From: Candidatus Hydrogenedentota bacterium
GTDB lineage: Bacteria; Hydrogenedentota; Hydrogenedentia; Hydrogenedentales; SLHB01
Direction: 5' to 3'
Assembly: GCA_034408725.1 (NCBI GenBank)
Contig: JAWXCN010000222.1
Location: forward strand, 1 to 61,379
DNA length: 61,379 nucleotides
Positions 59,088-61,379 of this stretch are shown in pieces. The notes below the pieces were generated by a model. It had not been told where the DNA came from and did not search any database. It saw only the letters and a list, made by a program, of their open reading frames with translations. Position numbers and translations under genes: made by a program. Positions within the stretch are counted from its first letter, which is position 1. The number at the start of each line of letters is the position of its first letter.

Positions 59088-59995
59088 TAGTTCTTCTTCA
59101 CTTCCACCGCCACCACCCGAAACCCGATATGGCTGTGCGACCGCTCCGGCTCAAACCGCAACCGAAATGCAGACCGGCACGGCCACCCCTGGTCCGCCCA
59201 ACACCCGCCTCTCCGCGCCCGCGAATACGTCCCCTGTTCACTCGCTGTACCAAGGACATCGTGCAAGTCGGGATCGGTTCCGCCGGGCAATCGGAAGTGA
59301 TACCAATCGCGGCACCATTCGAAGACGTTGCCGGGCATGTCGTGGATGTTCCATGCATTCGCGGGGTAACGCCCTACTTCACAAGTTGTGTTCAACGCCG
59401 GCCCCACCGCTGCGCCGTTGTACGGAAACTCCCCCAGAAAATTCGCCTGATGACTGCTCAACGAATCTCCAAACGGCGTAGCCGTCGTCGTGCGAGCGCG
59501 ACACGCATACTCCCACTGCGCCTCCGTCGGCAACCGAAACTCCCAGCCCTCTGGCAACGCCCCCGCCGCGCGCGCCTGCTCCGTCAACTTCACACAAAAC
59601 GATTCCGCCTCCGCGAAGTTGACGTTATAGATCGGAAACCGATCCCCCGCGCCCTCATCCAAGACCGGCGGCAACGTGCCCAACACGCGCTTCCACTCGC
59701 CCTGGGTCACCTCATACTTCCCAATCCAGAATCCCCGCGACAGCCTTACCGCGATCTGGTCCTCCCCCGGCCGCCGCTCTGGTTCGTCTACCGGACTCCC
59801 CATCACAAACAGGCCCGCCGGACACCAGCACAATGCGACGCCATTGACAGTTGATTCGTCGCCCGCCGTAGTTCCTCGAAAAGACACATCGCCGCGATCC
59901 GATGCGACACCATCCCCAACAGACGCGCAACCCGACATCACCGCGCAAACGGTACAAGCAAATATGTTGTGCGCTACTTGTTTCACTGAAGTCAT
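59087..59995 (-). CDS. FGE-sulfatase (SUMF1-like) domain lipoprotein
   Basis: Lipobox MSGC; FVMGSP, YEVTQ, RLPTEAQWEYACRA, GNVFEWC, RGGCW, IGFRV. Confidence 0.9.
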   Translation of the reverse strand: MTSVKQVAHNIFACTVCAVMSGCASVGDGVASDRGDVSFRGTTAGDESTVNGVALCWCPAGLFVMGSPVDEPERRPGEDQIAVRLSRGFWIGKYEVTQGEWKRVLGTLPPVLDEGAGDRFPIYNVNFAEAESFCVKLTEQARAAGALPEGWEFRLPTEAQWEYACRARTTTATPFGDSLSSHQANFLGEFPYNGAAVGPALNTTCEVGRYPANAWNIHDMPGNVFEWCRDWYHFRLPGGTDPDLHDVLGTASEQGTYSRARRGGCWADQGWPCRSAFRLRFEPERSHSHIGFRVVAVEVKKN

Positions 59996-60270
59996 TTCCC
60001 TTCCTGGTAGCGCCTCGTTTGTCAAACGCGGCGAGTTTCGGAGGGGTCGATTGTATGCAATTCCTGTAAATAAAGGTGTCCGATCGCTCCGGCACTCACC
60101 GCCCTTGGCAATGGCGGCGCTACAACGTCGTCGCGTCGTTGTAGCCAATGCGCACTGGGTTTAGGCAAGTGAGGCGCTACGAAATCGATTAGGATTACGA
60201 GGAAGATTACGAGTACGATTAGACAAGGTTGCTCGACGCCAGCAGGTGAATATTCAAAGGAGTCTATGTG

Positions 60271-60546
60271 ATGCAAAAACTGTTCAATGTCCCGCTGGTG
60301 CTTTCTCCTCAGCCGGAAGGTGGTTTTACCGTAACCAGTCCTGTGCTGCCGGAGTTAATCACCGAGGGTGATACCGTAGATAAAGCATTGGGCAACGTGC
60401 AAGACGCTATTACCGCCGCATTGGAGATTTACGACGACGAGGGGCGGCCCTTGCCGGGAAACCTTCTGCAGGACTCGCAACATGATTCGATCTTGATACC
60501 GGGTTGTAATGCGCGTCTGCGGTCCAGAATTCGTCGCAACCATTAA
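60271..60546 (+). CDS. HicB-family antitoxin (3' end probably disrupted)
   Basis: EGGFTVTSPVLPELITEGDTVDKALGNVQDAI...GRPLP; AAGGAG RBS; no hicA seen. Confidence 0.75.
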   Translation: MQKLFNVPLVLSPQPEGGFTVTSPVLPELITEGDTVDKALGNVQDAITAALEIYDDEGRPLPGNLLQDSQHDSILIPGCNARLRSRIRRNH

Positions 60547-60723
60547 CTTCGGCAATAGCAAGGTGCAGCGCATCCGGAACCAGTAGTCCGTGCAAAAATC
60601 GGATATCCGCGGCCCTTTCTCAAACCTCTTCGCTAATCGGCAATGACGTTGTGGCATTAAAAAAGCGTCGATAGCGATCGGACAGCGCAGTATCTGATCT
60701 TTTCAAGGCTCCGACGAGGCACC
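60505..60723 (-). pseudogene. PIN-domain (VapC-like) toxin remnant
   Basis: CLVGALKRSDTALSDRYRRFFN...EEV*ERAADIRFLHGLLVPDALHLAIAEVNGCDEFWTAD; N-terminus missing; in-frame TGA at 60620-60622. Confidence 0.7.
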
Positions 60724-60837
60724 CTGCGGCGCCTGCTCGGTTATAACGTGAATTTCCGCCCGGCCGGTAGGAACTTTGGCTGGCAGTTCAATCGTATGGT
60801 CATCACCGATCAATGTATTGAATTTATAGGTTGCCAT
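60703..60837 (-). pseudogene. Truncated antitoxin-like ORF
   Basis: MATYKFNTLIGDDHTIELPAKVPTGRAEIHV... lies directly upstream of and overlaps the PIN fragment. Confidence 0.5.
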
Positions 60838-61210
60838 GGACAAATCGCTTTCTGACAGTTCAGAACCTGGTTTCATTCTGGCCCGACGGACCGAACGCGC
60901 ACAACTCATATTTTTGATGAGCCCACGAATACGGTTCTCCGTTGTGGCCGTCTCCCGACCGCGCCACTCGCCGTGATGAAGTTTGGAAATCAGACCTTAC
61001 ATCCCCCTTCAAAGGGGACTTTGAAGATCAGATTATGCGTGTGACTTTTGCCAAGGATTTGGGATTGATGACACTACCATCCCTTGGAGTAACGATGAAG
61101 ATGAGGGTTTCCCTCGCATCGTCGAACCTCCCTGCCCCCGTGGTGTCTCATCCGATATGCGCGCTGAAGGTATTGATTGGATGTGTTCGCAAACTGGGAG
61201 ATACACCACC

Positions 61211-61379
61211 ATGTTTTCGTTAACCCGTTATGTTGGAAGGGCCGGGGCGGTCTTGTTGGCTGCGCTGACTGTTTTCGCGTCGCCGGCGCCGGCGGAGGAA
61301 ATTTTGCCGGGGGGTTGCGTGATAGTCCCGCCGAAGGATGGCCGGCCGGAGGGGCAGTGTCCGTTGGAGCACACGGACG
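61211..61379 (+). CDS. Exported protein, probably VIT-domain; runs off the window edge
   Basis: Not in the ORF track. MFSLTRYVGRAGAVLLAALTVFASPAPA-EE...CPLEHTD; GGGAG RBS; PLxHTD resembles the start of VIT domains. Confidence 0.6.
   Translation, partial: MFSLTRYVGRAGAVLLAALTVFASPAPAEEILPGGCVIVPPKDGRPEGQCPLEHTD

Noticed and set aside
59087-59995. FGE/C-lectin-fold gene as a diversity-generating retroelement target
   Set aside because: No template repeat or reverse transcriptase was seen in the window

Overview
GC-rich bacterial chromosome segment, mostly housekeeping genes (topA, xth, ftsY, prs, mutY, a PurH transformylase domain, cobalamin adenosyltransferase) mixed with many exported hydrolases and peptidases. 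The lineage is possibly Candidatus Hydrogenedentes or a PVC-like organism, but that is an impression only. The most striking feature is at 8.4-9.2 kb on the minus strand: three tandem small ORFs (50, 55 and 64 aa; two are absent from the ORF track). Each has its own RBS, and they share a position-for-position 15-aa N-terminal motif MKH[VI]xx[LIV]SxxxPxxA followed by unrelated Trp-containing cores. They are bracketed by a candidate sigma70 promoter and an intrinsic terminator, separated by hairpin-rich spacers, and lie directly downstream of an ECF sigma/anti-sigma pair. This looks like an undescribed leader-peptide (RiPP- or bacteriocin-like) family. Next on the same strand is an AT-richer ~1500-codon LVIVD/BACON/lipase surface-protein gene, split from its N-terminal export signal by a frameshift at a G7 tract. 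The window also holds a dispersed REP-like palindrome family, several other intergenic palindromic or tandem repeats, and a decayed toxin-antitoxin cluster near the right end. No rRNA, tRNA, CRISPR array or transposase was recognised.
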